Source: Candidatus Saccharimonadota bacterium
GTDB lineage: Bacteria; Pseudomonadota; Gammaproteobacteria; Burkholderiales; Burkholderiaceae
Reading direction: 5' to 3'
Assembly: GCF_016593155.1 (NCBI RefSeq)
Contig: NZ_AP023215.1
Location: forward strand, 360,001-392,000
DNA length: 32,000 nucleotides
A model generated the notes under the pieces. That model was not told the origin of the DNA. It saw only the letters and a list, made by a program, of their open reading frames with translations, and made no database searches. Numbering within the stretch: the stretch's first letter is position 1; each line of letters begins with the position of its first letter. This document shows positions 16,147 through 25,415 of this stretch, in pieces. The position numbers were made by a program, and so were the translations under genes.

Positions 16147-17541
16147 TTAATTATTTCTGCATGAATGACGATTATAATAACTAAAACTATTTTTTCTAGA
16201 GGAAGATATATTTGTTTTTTTATTAAAAATTTGTTTAGAAAATCGTTTAGTAGTATTTCTTTTATTAGTATTATGTGTTTTCAAATTATTATTAAAACGA
16301 TAACGAGAATAATAAGTTTTAATTGTTTTTTTTGGTTCAAATCCATTAATTATTTCAATTGGAATTTGTTGTTTTGTAAATCGTTCAATTTTTTTAATAT
16401 TCATACTTTCCGTATGATTTACTAATGATACAGCAAATCCATTACGTCCTGCGCGACCAGTTCGACCAATACGATGAACATAATCTTCTGGAAATTTTGG
16501 TAAATCATAATTAAATACATGTGTTATTGCGGGAACGTCAATTCCTCTAGCTGCAACATCAGTGGCAACTAAAATTTTAATTTTTCCTCTGCGAAGGTTT
16601 TCTAGGGTACGATTGCGTGCTCCTTGATGTAAATTCCCATGTAATGGCGCAGCTAAAAAGCCAGAAATATTAAGACGATCCGCAATAATATCAGCATCAC
16701 GTTTAGTAGCAGTAAAAATAACAGCTTGACCAATTTTTTTATCGCGCAATAAATAATCTAGTAAACGATTTTTATGTAAAACATCATCAACAAATAAAAT
16801 GCTTTGTGTAATGTTTTTTTGTTTTTTTTCAACGCTATTTACTTTTAAAATTAATGGATTTTTAGTAATATTTTTCGCCATATTACCAACAATACCATCA
16901 AGTGTAGCTGAAAATAACATAGTTTGTCGTGTTATTGGGGTAGCATCAACAATTTTTTCAATATCATTAATAAATCCCATATCAAGCATACGATCCGCTT
17001 CATCTAAAACTAAAATTTGAAGATGAGAAAAATTTATTTTTCCAGAATTCATATGATCTATTAAACGACCGGGTGTTGCTAATAAAATTTCAGGATTTTT
17101 AGATAGTAATTGCATTTGTTTCGGGTACGGCATTCCACCTAGAATTGAAATCGCTTTAATTTTTTTCATATATAAACCATATCGTTCAGTAGCTGCAGTT
17201 ACTTGTAATGCAAGCTCTCGAGTTGGTGTTAATACTAACATCCTTGGTTGAGCGGGTTTAAATCGTAATCGTTTGTTGTGAATATAGGTAATTTTATTAT
17301 TATTTTGATTTAAATTTCTTTTAATAACAGGAATTTTATTTTTAGAAGATGCAAATTTATGTAATGCCGGCAATATAAATGCTGCAGTTTTTCCGGAACC
17401 CGTTTGTGATGACACTATTAAATCTCTACCAGAAATGGCTGCAGGAATTGTTTGTTCTTGTACTCCCGTGGGTTTAGTATAACCAACTTTAATAAGCGCT
17501 TTAAGAACTAACTCGTGTAAACCAATGGATTTAAAATTCAT
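16147..17541 (-). CDS. rhlE: ATP-dependent DEAD-box RNA helicase, RhlE-like, with a basic C-terminal tail
   Basis: All core motifs are present: Q-motif GY.KPT.VQ, AQ/SQTGSGKTAAF, PTRELA, DEAD (VLDEADRMLDMGF), SAT, ARGID, HRIGRTGRAG. I place the start at the MNFKSIGL methionine (17541), matching family N-termini. The ORF track's upstream ATG is at 17565. Confidence 0.88.
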   Translation of the reverse strand: MNFKSIGLHELVLKALIKVGYTKPTGVQEQTIPAAISGRDLIVSSQTGSGKTAAFILPALHKFASSKNKIPVIKRNLNQNNNKITYIHNKRLRFKPAQPRMLVLTPTRELALQVTAATERYGLYMKKIKAISILGGMPYPKQMQLLSKNPEILLATPGRLIDHMNSGKINFSHLQILVLDEADRMLDMGFINDIEKIVDATPITRQTMLFSATLDGIVGNMAKNITKNPLILKVNSVEKKQKNITQSILFVDDVLHKNRLLDYLLRDKKIGQAVIFTATKRDADIIADRLNISGFLAAPLHGNLHQGARNRTLENLRRGKIKILVATDVAARGIDVPAITHVFNYDLPKFPEDYVHRIGRTGRAGRNGFAVSLVNHTESMNIKKIERFTKQQIPIEIINGFEPKKTIKTYYSRYRFNNNLKTHNTNKRNTTKRFSKQIFNKKTNISSSRKNSFSYYNRHSCRNN

Positions 17542-17856
17542 ATATTTCTTTCTTTTCAAAATCATTATTTCTTTTATTTTATTATATTTATTATTACTTT
17601 AAATTATTTTTCATTATATTTTATAAAATATATTTTTGAGTTTTTAGGTATTTTTAAATTATTTGTAATTAAATATAATGAATTATATTTCTATGATAAA
17701 ATTAATCTGTGTATATATAAATTTTATTAAAGAATATTTTTTGTAATTTTAATATATTATAATTAAATATTATAAGCAAAGGAAGTGATATTTATTTTAA
17801 TAGGTAGTGTAATTTTTAGCAATATATTAAATATTTAATTAAGGAATTAATTATAA

Positions 17857-18213
17857 ATGAACGAAAATATAAAAAATAATATTTTTATTACTCTTACTGA
17901 GGGTGCTATAAAAAAAGTTAGTCAATTGATTAAAAAAAAAGGTAATTTAAATTTAAAGTTACGAGTGTTTATTCAAGGGGGCGGTTGTTCTGGTTTTCAA
18001 TATGGATTTGTGTTTGATGAATACACAAATAAAGATGATACGATTTTTGAAAAAAATGGAATTCAATTATTAATTGATTCAGTAAGTTATCAATATTTAA
18101 TAGGATCTGAAATAGATTATAAAGATGATTTAGATGGATCTAAGTTTATAATTAAAAATCCAAATGCAATAACTACCTGTGGTTGTGGATCATCTTTTTC
18201 TACGTATAAATAG
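17857..18213 (+). CDS. erpA: iron-sulfur cluster insertion protein ErpA (A-type carrier)
   Basis: 118 aa. [17 protein letters not shown] and the C-terminal CGCGSSF are A-type carrier motifs. An AAGGAA SD sits upstream. Confidence 0.88.
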   Translation: MNENIKNNIFITLTEGAIKKVSQLIKKKGNLNLKLRVFIQGGGCSGFQYGFVFDEYTNKDDTIFEKNGIQLLIDSVSYQYLIGSEIDYKDDLDGSKFIIKNPNAITTCGCGSSFSTYK

Positions 18214-18256
18214 TAATTAATTTTAGCGAAAAATTAGAAAATATTATTTTTTGTAA

Positions 18257-18811
18257 TCATATTTTAATAAAATGTTTTCTGTAATATTTTAATTCTTCAA
18301 CTGATTCAATTATATCGGTTAATGCTGTATGAGCTTGTTTTTTTTTAAAACCAGATACTAATTCTGGTTTCCATCTCATGCATAATTCTTTTAATGTGGA
18401 TATATCTAAATTACGATAATGAAAAAAAGATTCTAATTTTGGCATATTATAAGCCATAAAACGACGATCTTGACAAATAGTGTTTCCTGACATTGGTGAT
18501 TTACCATATGGTACATATTTTTTAAGAAAATTAATTAATTCAAATTCTGCCTCTGGTTCTGTAATAGTTGATTTTTTTACTCGTTCAATTAATCCAGAAC
18601 GTTTATGTATACCTTTATTCCAGTTATCCATGTTATTCATAATAGATTCAGATTGATGAATTACATAAACTGGAGCTTGAGCTAATATATTAAGCTGAGA
18701 ATCAGTTACTAAAACAGCAATTTCTATTATACGATCCTTATTTGGATGTAATCCAGTCATTTCCATATCAACCCATATTAAATTAAGCGAATTATATTGA
18801 AAATTGTTCAT
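18257..18811 (-). CDS. orn: oligoribonuclease
   Basis: 184 aa. [11 protein letters not shown]......IIEIA..VTD..L (ExoI), GN.ICQDRRF (ExoII), and H.ALTDI.ES..ELKYYR (ExoIII) are present. Confidence 0.92.
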   Translation of the reverse strand: MNNFQYNSLNLIWVDMEMTGLHPNKDRIIEIAVLVTDSQLNILAQAPVYVIHQSESIMNNMDNWNKGIHKRSGLIERVKKSTITEPEAEFELINFLKKYVPYGKSPMSGNTICQDRRFMAYNMPKLESFFHYRNLDISTLKELCMRWKPELVSGFKKKQAHTALTDIIESVEELKYYRKHFIKI

Positions 18812-18840
18812 TATTGTAAATACTAATTAATTATAAATAA

Positions 18841-20304
18841 TTAATTAGTTCCTCCTACGGTCATAGAATCAATTTTTAAAGTAGGTTGACCAACTCCAAC
18901 TGGAACTATTTGCCCATATTTTCCGCATACACCAATTCCAGGATCTAATTTCATATCATTACCAATCATCGAAACTTTTTTTAAAATATTTGGTCCATTA
19001 CCAATTAATGTTGCCCCTTTAATTGGATAAGTTATCTTACCATTTTTAATTATATAAGCTTCACTAGCAGAAAATACAAATTTTCCATTTGTAATATCTA
19101 CTTGTCCTCCACTAAAATTAGTGGCATATAAACCATTTTCAACAGATGTAATAATTTCTTCTGGATGAAATTTTCCATTTAACATGTATGTATTAGTCAT
19201 TCTTGGTATTGGCATGTGAGCAAAAGATTCTCTTCTTGCGTTACCAGTAATAGACATATTCATAAGACGTGCATTCATAATATCTTGCATATATCCTTTT
19301 AAGATACCGTTTTCAATAAGAGTAGTACATTGAGTGGGAGTTCCTTCATCATCTATATTAATAGAGCCGCGTCTATTTGCTATAGTACCATCATCAACTA
19401 CAGTAATTTCTTTAGATGCTATACACTTACCAATACAATTAGAAAAAGTACTAGATCCCTTTCTATTAAAATCTCCTTCTAACCCATGTCCAATGGCTTC
19501 ATGTAATAAAATTCCGGGCCACCCGGGACCTAATACTACTTTCATTATACCAGCTGGAGCTGGTTTAGCCTCTAAATTAATTAAAGCTGAATTCACTGAA
19601 TTAGATACGCATTTTTCCAAAATTATATCAGTAAAATAATTATAATTATAGCGCCCTCCGCAACCACTATTACCTATTTCTTTTCTACCATTTTGCTCTA
19701 CAATAATTGTAACGAATAATTGTACTAAAGGACGTATATCAGCTACAATCAAACCATCATTTCGTGTTATTAATATAACATCATATTCTCCGGATAAATT
19801 AGCTATTACTTTTATTACACGAGGATCTTTTAAGCGCGCTATTCTTTCAACATCTTCTAATAATTTAATTTTTTCTCGTATATTTATTGATGATATTGGA
19901 TTAATAGATTCATATAAGGAATGAGTTTTTATTTTTTTAATATTATTAATAATTTTTATTTTTCCATTACCTTGATTTGCAATAGCTCTAGTTGATTTAA
20001 CGGCATTAATTAATGTATTTTTAGAAATTTCATCAGAATAAGAAAAAGCAATTTTATCACCAGAAACAGCGCGTATACCAACTCCTTGATTAATGGAAAA
20101 ATTTCCGGTTTTAACAATTCCTTCTTCTAAAATCCAGTTTTCATTTTTTGTGAATTGAAAATAAAAATCAGCATAATCAACTTTATTTTTAAACATATTT
20201 CCTAACATTTTTAGTAATATTTTTTCATCTAAATCAAATGGTTCTAATAAAATATTACGAGCAATATGAAGAGGATTTATATTTTTTTCTATTATATTAA
20301 TCAT
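18841..20304 (-). CDS. tldD: metalloprotease TldD
   Basis: 487 aa. HEAIGHGLEGDFNRKG is the TldD HExxxH-type metal site. The C-terminal GxC...GQP.L.I..MTVGG block is present. Confidence 0.9.
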   Translation of the reverse strand: MINIIEKNINPLHIARNILLEPFDLDEKILLKMLGNMFKNKVDYADFYFQFTKNENWILEEGIVKTGNFSINQGVGIRAVSGDKIAFSYSDEISKNTLINAVKSTRAIANQGNGKIKIINNIKKIKTHSLYESINPISSINIREKIKLLEDVERIARLKDPRVIKVIANLSGEYDVILITRNDGLIVADIRPLVQLFVTIIVEQNGRKEIGNSGCGGRYNYNYFTDIILEKCVSNSVNSALINLEAKPAPAGIMKVVLGPGWPGILLHEAIGHGLEGDFNRKGSSTFSNCIGKCIASKEITVVDDGTIANRRGSINIDDEGTPTQCTTLIENGILKGYMQDIMNARLMNMSITGNARRESFAHMPIPRMTNTYMLNGKFHPEEIITSVENGLYATNFSGGQVDITNGKFVFSASEAYIIKNGKITYPIKGATLIGNGPNILKKVSMIGNDMKLDPGIGVCGKYGQIVPVGVGQPTLKIDSMTVGGTN

Positions 20305-20473
20305 AATTATTAAATTTTCCTGTATTAAAAATAATATTATATTAACTTAAAATATATATTTTATATTCATTTTTTTAAATTTTAATTTTAACATTAATTA
20401 TATTATAGTATTCCTATATTATGAATTTAGTGTATGGAAAATTAAAATACAATTTTTAACTCGATTAATTATC

Positions 20474-20523
20474 ATAGAAGGAATAGGATGCTTATTATAT
20501 AGAAGGAATAGGATGCTTATTAT
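20474..20523. repeat. perfect 25-bp tandem duplication
   Basis: ATAGAAGGAATAGGATGCTTATTAT occurs at 20474..20498 and again, identical, at 20499..20523. Confidence 0.95.
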
Positions 20524-20538
20524 CTAATCTATGCGGAC

Positions 20539-20566
20539 TAAGATATAGTATTTAAGATATAGTATT
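20539..20566. repeat. perfect 14-bp tandem duplication
   Basis: TAAGATATAGTATT occurs at 20539..20552 and again at 20553..20566, 15 bp after the 25-bp duplication. Confidence 0.95.
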
Positions 20567-21320
20567 ATTAATATTATTATTTTTTGGGAAAGTATAGATA
20601 TTTCTTGATTTTTTTTTGCGAGTTGAATATATTTATTATCATGAAACCAATGTATTATTTTTTAAGAATTATACGTATTTTGTTAACTTTTTCTTTTTTC
20701 CTCTGTTCTTTGTATTAAAAATGTATCTTAACGGGTATTAATAATCTTAATTAATAAATAAGATGAATTAGAATACTAGACGTATAATTTAAAATACTAA
20801 TATCTATAAAAACTAAGCGTTTTAATTTTAAATATTTATTGCTTTTTCTTTAAAGGAAACATAAAAAACATCCTAGTTTTTTTTAGAATTTCATAAGTAG
20901 TTATTTGTTCAAAGTTTTTTTATTCCATGAATAAAAATTGGTATTTTTTCTCTATTTAATAATAAAGATAATAGTGATATTATATTAATAAAATGTCATA
21001 AGTTATTATAATTAGAAATAATAATTGGGCATATTTATAAAAGGAATTTCTAAAGGAATAAATAAAGATTTAATTATCTTGAAAAAAACCACCAATTTCC
21101 TTAATTGATTCTCCTTTAATTTTCATTTTTAATAAAAGGCAGCTAGTTCTATATCAGATAATTAACCTTTTAAAACAATACTATATAACAATTCAAAATT
21201 TTTAAATGATAAATATAAGAATTTTTTTAATAAAATTAGTTAATAATATAGATTTATTTTGAGTATTATAAATAATTTTTTATCCTTTTAAATGATTGGA
21301 TTAAAATAGTAAAAATATTA

Positions 21321-21360
21321 ATTATTATTGTAATTAAAACATTATTATTGTAATTAAAAA
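21321..21360. repeat. 20-bp tandem duplication spanning the dnaE stop codon
   Basis: ATTATTATTGTAATTAAAAC (21321..21340) and ATTATTATTGTAATTAAAAA (21341..21360) are 19/20 identical. The second copy contains the dnaE stop (21354..21356) and the last two sense codons. Confidence 0.9.
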
Positions 21361-24300
21361 TATTCAACTGTTGCGTTATATAATCCTATATTAATAAGAT
21401 CTAATTTTAAATCATCAACTGGTTGTACCTTCCAATTTAATGGCCATTTTATTTCATATTTTATACTTTTATTTACACAATAATATAACACAAAAGGTAA
21501 ACCATTTTTACATTTAAAGTTTAATAAAATTTTTTTTAAAATGACGATATCAAATGTTTTTTTAAACATAACAGAAAATTGTTTTCCATATATAATTCGC
21601 GCCAAATTAATATCAAAAATTTTTTCAGCATTAATTCGTATATTTTTTGAAAAATGATCCTTTAATACTTTACCCGATATTATTAATAATTCATTCTCCT
21701 TTAGAATAATTTTATTTTTTTCATATAATTGATTATTAATTATTGCTTCAACAGAATTACTATTATCATCTATAGTAATAATTAATATTTTTCCCCGATA
21801 AGTATTTTTTAATTTAAGTTCAGTAATAATACCTGATACCGTAATACATGAATATGTAGGCTTTAATTCTGATAAATAAATAGGTATAAATTGGCGAATT
21901 TCAGTTTCATAAATACAAAACATATGCTCAGATAAACAAAAACCTAAAACTTTTTTTTCTTCTATAAGTTCTTGTTTTCTACTCCAAGAAGGTATTTTTA
22001 TATAATTTAAATACTCTTTTAGATTATGATTGTCATCATTATTAAATAAACTTAATTGATTTATAAATTTTTTAGTTTTTTCAGCATTTTTTAATGCTAC
22101 ATTAATGGATGCTACAAGTATATATCGTTTTTCATTAAAGCAATCAAATGCACCTGAATGTATAAGGGAATTAATAATACGACGATTTATATAGCGTTTA
22201 TCAATTCTTTTAGTAAAATCAAATAAATTAGTAAATAAGCCAAATTTTCTTTCAGCAACAATGGCTTCAATTGTGCTTTTTCCGGTTCCTTTAATTGCGC
22301 CTAAACCATAACGTATATTTTTATTTTTTCCATTTGATTCAATTATTGGAAAAAAATAATATTTTGATAAATTAATATTAGGAGGCAAAATATTTAAACC
22401 GCAAATTTTAATTGCATCTTTTACAAGAATTTTAATTTTATTTGTATCATCCATTGAAAGAGATAAATTTGCAGCCATAAAATAAGAAGAATAATGTGTT
22501 TTTAGATATGCCGTATAATATGATAATAAAGCATAAGCAGTAGCATGAGATTTATTAAAACCATATCCAGCAAATTTTTCTATTTCATTAAAAATTTCAT
22601 TAGCTTTATATTCACTTAATCCATGTTTTATAGCGCCATTTTTAAAAAATTTACGATGTTCTATCATTTCTAATGTTTTCTTTTTTCCTATTGCTCTTCT
22701 TAATAAATCCGCCTGCCCTAATGAATAACCTCCAAGTATTTGAGCAATTTGCATTACTTGTTCTTGATATACCATTATACCATAAGTTTCAGATAAAACA
22801 TGTTTAGTACGAGGATCTGGGTAGTTAAAATATTCACCATGTTTTCTTTTACAAAAATCTTTTATTAAATCCATTGGACCTGGTCTATATAAAGAAATTA
22901 AAGCAATAATTTCTTCAAAATGATCTGGTTTCGCTTCTTTTAACATATTTTTCATACCCTGACTTTCAAGTTGAAAAACAGCAACAGTATTTGCTTTTTT
23001 TAAAAGATTATATGTATTTTTATCATTTAATGGTAATTTATTTAAACTAAAATCAGTCATTTTTGGATTTATTTTTTTTATAAAATAAATAGTTTTATCA
23101 AGAATAGATAAAGTAGTTAAACCTAAAAAATCAAATTTAATAAGCCCTATTTCTTCAATATCATCTTTATCATATTGAGAAATTATCCCAGTCATTCCTT
23201 CTTGTTTATATAAAGGACAAAAATTAATTAATTTACTTGGCGCAATTAAAACTCCTCCTGCATGCATGCCTACATTTCTAATAATACCTTCTACTTGTTG
23301 TGCTAATTCAATTAATTGTTTAACTTCTTCTTCATTTTTGATTCGTTCTGCTAGCTGGGGTTCTTCTTTTATAGCATTAGATAAAGTCATTAATTTTCCT
23401 GGTTTAAATGGAATTAATTTTGAAATACTATCGCAAAAACTATATCTAAAATCAAGAACACGACCAACATCACGTATCGCTCCTTTTGCGGCCATTGTAC
23501 CAAAAGTTACAATTTGAGAAACTGAATCTTTACCGTATCGGTTTTTAACATATTGTATTACACGATCACGGCCTTCTTGACAAAAATCAATATCAAAATC
23601 TGGCATAGATATTCGATCTGGGTTTAAAAATCGCTCAAAGAGTAAATTATAAGAAAGTGGATCTATATCAGTAATTGATAAAGAATAAGCAACTAAAGAA
23701 CTAGCGCCTGATCCCCGACCCGGTCCAACTGGAATAAAATTATTTTTTGCCCATTCAATAAAATCCGAAACAATTAAAAAATATCCAGAAAAACCCATTT
23801 TAATAATAGTTTTAATTTCAAATTGAAGACGCTTGTTGTAACGTAATTTTTCACGTTCATATATTTCAGGATTTTTATATAAATTTAATAAACGTTTTTT
23901 TAAACCATGTTTAGATTTGGAAATTAAAAAATCATTAATATTTATATTTTTTGGTGTTGGAAATTTAGGTAATTTTAGTTTACCAAATTGTAGTTTTAAA
24001 TTACAACGTTTAGCAATTTCTATAGTATTTTGTATTGCATTAGGAATATCAGAAAATAACTTAATCATTTCAGATTGAGTTTTAAAGTTTTGTTCTTTAG
24101 TAAATTTTTTTATACGTTTAGTATTGGATAAAATTTCTCCTTCTGCGATACATGTACGAATTTCATGAGCTAAAAATTCTTTTTTTTTTAAAAATTGAAT
24201 TGGATGTGTAGCAACTATAGGTAAATTAATTATAGATGCAATATTAATTAATTGTTGAATTTGAAAATTCATATTAGGTTGTTTAATTCTTTGAATTTCA

Positions 24301-24806
24301 ATATAAAAATTATCTGGAAAAATTTTAGACCAACGACGTGCAAAATTTTCTGCAATATCATTTCTACCATTTTGAATAGCAATTCCAATATCTCCAAAAT
24401 GAGCCCCAGATAAAGCTATTAAGCCGTTTTTATATTTATTTTTTTCTAACCATTCTATACGAATTTCAGCGCGACCATAATTTATATTTTCTATATATGC
24501 TTTTGATAATAATTCACATAATTGTAAATAACCATTATTATTTTTAACAAGTAATAATAAACGACTAGGTTTTTTATTTTCAATTTCGTTAGTAATCCAA
24601 ACATCACAACCAATTATTGGCTTAATACCCTTATTATAAGCTGCTTTATAAAATTTTATCACACCGAATAAATTAGATAAATCAGTAATTGCTAAAGCTG
24701 GTTGATAATCATTTGCGGCGGCTTCTATTGCATCATTAATTCTTACTAATCCATCAATAATTGAGTATTCAGAATGAAGACGAAGATGAATAAATTGAGG
24801 AATCAT
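21354..24806 (-). CDS. dnaE: DNA polymerase III alpha subunit
   Basis: 1150 aa. It has the N-terminal PHP domain (F.HLRLHSEYS..DG), the palm/fingers blocks (PDFDIDF, GRD.VI.YV..RYG...V.QI.TFGTMAAK, GMHAGGVLIAP), and a C-terminal OB-fold region. Confidence 0.95.
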   Translation of the reverse strand: MIPQFIHLRLHSEYSIIDGLVRINDAIEAAANDYQPALAITDLSNLFGVIKFYKAAYNKGIKPIIGCDVWITNEIENKKPSRLLLLVKNNNGYLQLCELLSKAYIENINYGRAEIRIEWLEKNKYKNGLIALSGAHFGDIGIAIQNGRNDIAENFARRWSKIFPDNFYIEIQRIKQPNMNFQIQQLINIASIINLPIVATHPIQFLKKKEFLAHEIRTCIAEGEILSNTKRIKKFTKEQNFKTQSEMIKLFSDIPNAIQNTIEIAKRCNLKLQFGKLKLPKFPTPKNININDFLISKSKHGLKKRLLNLYKNPEIYEREKLRYNKRLQFEIKTIIKMGFSGYFLIVSDFIEWAKNNFIPVGPGRGSGASSLVAYSLSITDIDPLSYNLLFERFLNPDRISMPDFDIDFCQEGRDRVIQYVKNRYGKDSVSQIVTFGTMAAKGAIRDVGRVLDFRYSFCDSISKLIPFKPGKLMTLSNAIKEEPQLAERIKNEEEVKQLIELAQQVEGIIRNVGMHAGGVLIAPSKLINFCPLYKQEGMTGIISQYDKDDIEEIGLIKFDFLGLTTLSILDKTIYFIKKINPKMTDFSLNKLPLNDKNTYNLLKKANTVAVFQLESQGMKNMLKEAKPDHFEEIIALISLYRPGPMDLIKDFCKRKHGEYFNYPDPRTKHVLSETYGIMVYQEQVMQIAQILGGYSLGQADLLRRAIGKKKTLEMIEHRKFFKNGAIKHGLSEYKANEIFNEIEKFAGYGFNKSHATAYALLSYYTAYLKTHYSSYFMAANLSLSMDDTNKIKILVKDAIKICGLNILPPNINLSKYYFFPIIESNGKNKNIRYGLGAIKGTGKSTIEAIVAERKFGLFTNLFDFTKRIDKRYINRRIINSLIHSGAFDCFNEKRYILVASINVALKNAEKTKKFINQLSLFNNDDNHNLKEYLNYIKIPSWSRKQELIEEKKVLGFCLSEHMFCIYETEIRQFIPIYLSELKPTYSCITVSGIITELKLKNTYRGKILIITIDDNSNSVEAIINNQLYEKNKIILKENELLIISGKVLKDHFSKNIRINAEKIFDINLARIIYGKQFSVMFKKTFDIVILKKILLNFKCKNGLPFVLYYCVNKSIKYEIKWPLNWKVQPVDDLKLDLINIGLYNATVEYF

Positions 24807-25415
24807 TTTATATTTTATATTAAATTTGTAAGTTATTTTATGTATAATTTAAATTAAGAATTTATTAACTATAATAGTTATTAAATTAATTTAATTTTAA
24901 AAAAATATTTTTTTTCTTATATAGTTAAAATAATAATAAATTTTATTTATTAATTAATTGTAATATTTTTTAAAAAATGTAATTATAATTAAATTTTTTT
25001 AATTAACAATATTATTAAGCAATTTAGTATAAATTATTAATTTGATGATAGTTTATTTTTAAAAATTATAGCCTTAAATAAATTATTATTATTTAAACAA
25101 ATTATTACTAAATAGATAATTTTATATTTATAATTAGATTTATAAATAGATATAATTAAAATTAAAAGTGAAATTATATAAAACTTAATCTAAAATATTT
25201 TATTTCTTTAGTTTAATAATTTAAATATTTTTAAAAAATTTTAACGAAATTATTTTAACATAAATTTTAAAATATAATAAAATATTGTCTTAATAGAAAT
25301 TAAAAATAATACCAAAATAAAAATACTAAAAAATTTATTTTTAAAAAATTATTATAAATAGAAATAAATTTTGTATATAAAATGGATTTTATAAGATTAT
25401 AATGGAGTTTATAAA

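Noticed and set aside
16147-17541. The ~30-residue insertion between helicase motifs I and Ia (KNKIPVIKRNLNQNNNKITYIHNKRLRFKPAQP) and the basic C-terminal tail as unusual features of the DEAD-box helicase
   Set aside because: As far as I recall, RhlE-type helicases of Burkholderiales carry a comparable insertion at this position. Basic C-terminal tails are the norm for the family. It is not distinctive without an alignment.
20474-20566. Tandem repeats as a CRISPR array or an iteron set
   Set aside because: There are only two directly abutting copies of each unit with no spacers. No cas genes or rep gene lie nearby.
21085-21150. Calling a trpD (anthranilate phosphoribosyltransferase) pseudogene from KIKGESIKEIGGFF
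   Set aside because: Only one short motif matches. The expected GTGGD block is not found at the right spacing, and the candidate FIDIS... lies about 100 codons away instead of about 35. It is kept only as a remark inside the spacer finding.
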